NCBI GenBank assembly: GCA_001797335.1
Contig: MGPE01000005.1
Span: 39,929-103,928 of the forward strand
Direction: 5' to 3'
DNA length: 64,000 bases
Origin: Deltaproteobacteria bacterium GWA2_38_16
GTDB taxonomy: Bacteria > Bdellovibrionota > JACOXK01 > 2-02-FULL-40-11
The notes beneath the pieces were generated by a model. That model was given only the letters and a program-made list of their open reading frames with translations, did no database searches and had not been told where the DNA came from. Numbering within the stretch: position 1 is the first letter of the stretch; the number at the start of each line of letters is the position of its first letter. The translations under genes and the position numbers were made by a program. Shown piece by piece: positions 62,858 through 64,000 of the stretch.

Positions 62858-63396
62858 AGGACAAAGAGCGACTTTTAGTTTTACTCAAAGAAAAATCATA
62901 TCTTAAAAAGAAAGTTATTTTATCCTCTGGAAAAGAATCTAATTTTTATATTGATGTCAAACAAACGGCGTTGCATCCCGAAGGCATGGTTCTTATTGGA
63001 AAGCTTATTTTTGAGCGACTCAAAACAGGGGAAAAAGTAGAGGCTATCGGTGGGATGACGATGGGAGCAGATCCCTTAACGGTAGCTACTTCTTTTTTTA
63101 GTTATTTAGAAAAAAAACCATTACCCTCATTTTTCATCCGCAAAGAACCCAAAAAACATGGAACTGCTCAGTGGGTGGAAGGAACTTATAATTTAAAATC
63201 TGGTATGCCTGTCGCCATTATCGAAGATGTGGTGACAACCGGAGCCTCCACTCTTTTAGCCATTGAACGAGCTATTCAGGCTGGCTATGTCGTTAAGCGT
63301 GTGATTGCCATCGTAGACCGTGAAGAAGGTGGCAAAGAAGAAATTCAAAAAGCTGGATACGCTCTAGAATCCCTCTTTACCCAATCTGATTTTTAG
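62854..63396 (+). CDS. pyrE: Orotate phosphoribosyltransferase
   Basis: LSSGKESNFYID, IRKEPKKHG, IEDVVTTGAS, IVDREEG. Confidence 0.96.
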   Translation: MKDKERLLVLLKEKSYLKKKVILSSGKESNFYIDVKQTALHPEGMVLIGKLIFERLKTGEKVEAIGGMTMGADPLTVATSFFSYLEKKPLPSFFIRKEPKKHGTAQWVEGTYNLKSGMPVAIIEDVVTTGASTLLAIERAIQAGYVVKRVIAIVDREEGGKEEIQKAGYALESLFTQSDF

Positions 63397-63518
63397 ACAC
63401 TGTTCTTGGATATAAATTTAAGCCGTGTGCCGTTATTCTAGCTAGGAGAGTATTTATAATTTTTTTTATTGTTTTTTCATGATTTTTCATGTATATTATA
63501 TTTAGAGGTTTGAGATTT

Positions 63519-63737
63519 ATGGCACCCTTTAAAAAAGCAAATATTTCAACAGTTCTTTCTGTAAATGTAAAGAACGCTTTGATGTTTTTTTGTAAAAAAC
63601 GAGGTTTAAAAATGAGTCATTTCATTGAAGAAGCCATTCAAGAGCACCTAGAAGATGAGATGGACTTAGAAACTTTTGAAGCCCGAAGAACTGAAAAAAG
63701 AATCTCTTTGGCTGAAGTGCTTAAACATTTAAAATGA
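63519..63737 (+). CDS. Antitoxin (RelB/RHH-like)
   Basis: Small ORF with SHFIEEAIQEHLEDEMDL..ISLAEV; 4-bp overlap with relE. Confidence 0.8.
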   Translation: MAPFKKANISTVLSVNVKNALMFFCKKRGLKMSHFIEEAIQEHLEDEMDLETFEARRTEKRISLAEVLKHLK

Positions 63738-64000
63738 CTTACCGTATTGAATTTGTAAGTTCTGCAGAAAAAGAATTTAAACGCCTTCCTCGAGATATTC
63801 AAGAGAGGCTCTTAAAAGTATTTAAAATTCTAGAGATAGATCCTTATTCAGAAATTTTAAAAATCCGAAAAATTCAAGGAAGAGATGATTTGTTCCGAAT
63901 AAGAATAGGTGCTTATCGTCTCATTTATTCTATGGAACTTTCATCAAAAATTGTTATTATTCGAATCAGGCATCGAAAAGATGTTTATCATCATTTATAA
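63734..64000 (+). CDS. relE: RelE/ParE family toxin
   Basis: YRIEF..AEKEFKRL, FRIRIGAYRLIY, IRHRKDVY. Confidence 0.92.
   Translation: MTYRIEFVSSAEKEFKRLPRDIQERLLKVFKILEIDPYSEILKIRKIQGRDDLFRIRIGAYRLIYSMELSSKIVIIRIRHRKDVYHHL

Noticed and set aside
63474-63491. TTTTCATG direct repeat upstream of relBE
   Set aside because: Possible TA operator, but too short and AT-rich to support.

Overview
Chromosomal window of an AT-rich Gram-negative bacterium. Gene content suggests a Bdellovibrionota- or deltaproteobacterium-like lineage: a TIGR02147 regulator, a GldAFG-like ABC transporter and a PEGA Ser/Thr kinase. About 4.7-30.7 kb is a core envelope and housekeeping cluster: lysS-lolCD-bamA-skp-fabZ-lpxA-gnnA-like-lpxB::lpxK fusion-lpxL-waaA-hldA-kdsC-kdsB-aroA-cmk-ispH-lpxD-rpsA-sppA. 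The rest mixes housekeeping genes (coaE, addAB-like, HU, pyrE), two type II TA pairs and secreted hypothetical proteins. The most notable structure is a ~5.1 kb integrase-free cassette (40919-46123) bounded by a ~51-bp direct repeat that duplicates two convergent gene ends. It carries a membrane-anchored OtsA, an OtsB and a hybrid histidine kinase frameshifted by an (AG)17 tract, a candidate phase-variable switch. A dispersed family of GTCAT-tagged palindromic repeats brackets accessory genes as inward-facing pairs, also occurs as an empty doublet, and has entered coding sequences. Other notable features are an IS256-transposase-fragment::methyltransferase fusion and palindromic operator-like sites next to the TIGR02147 gene. 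No rRNA, tRNA or CRISPR array was seen. All product calls come from motif recognition by eye, not database searches.
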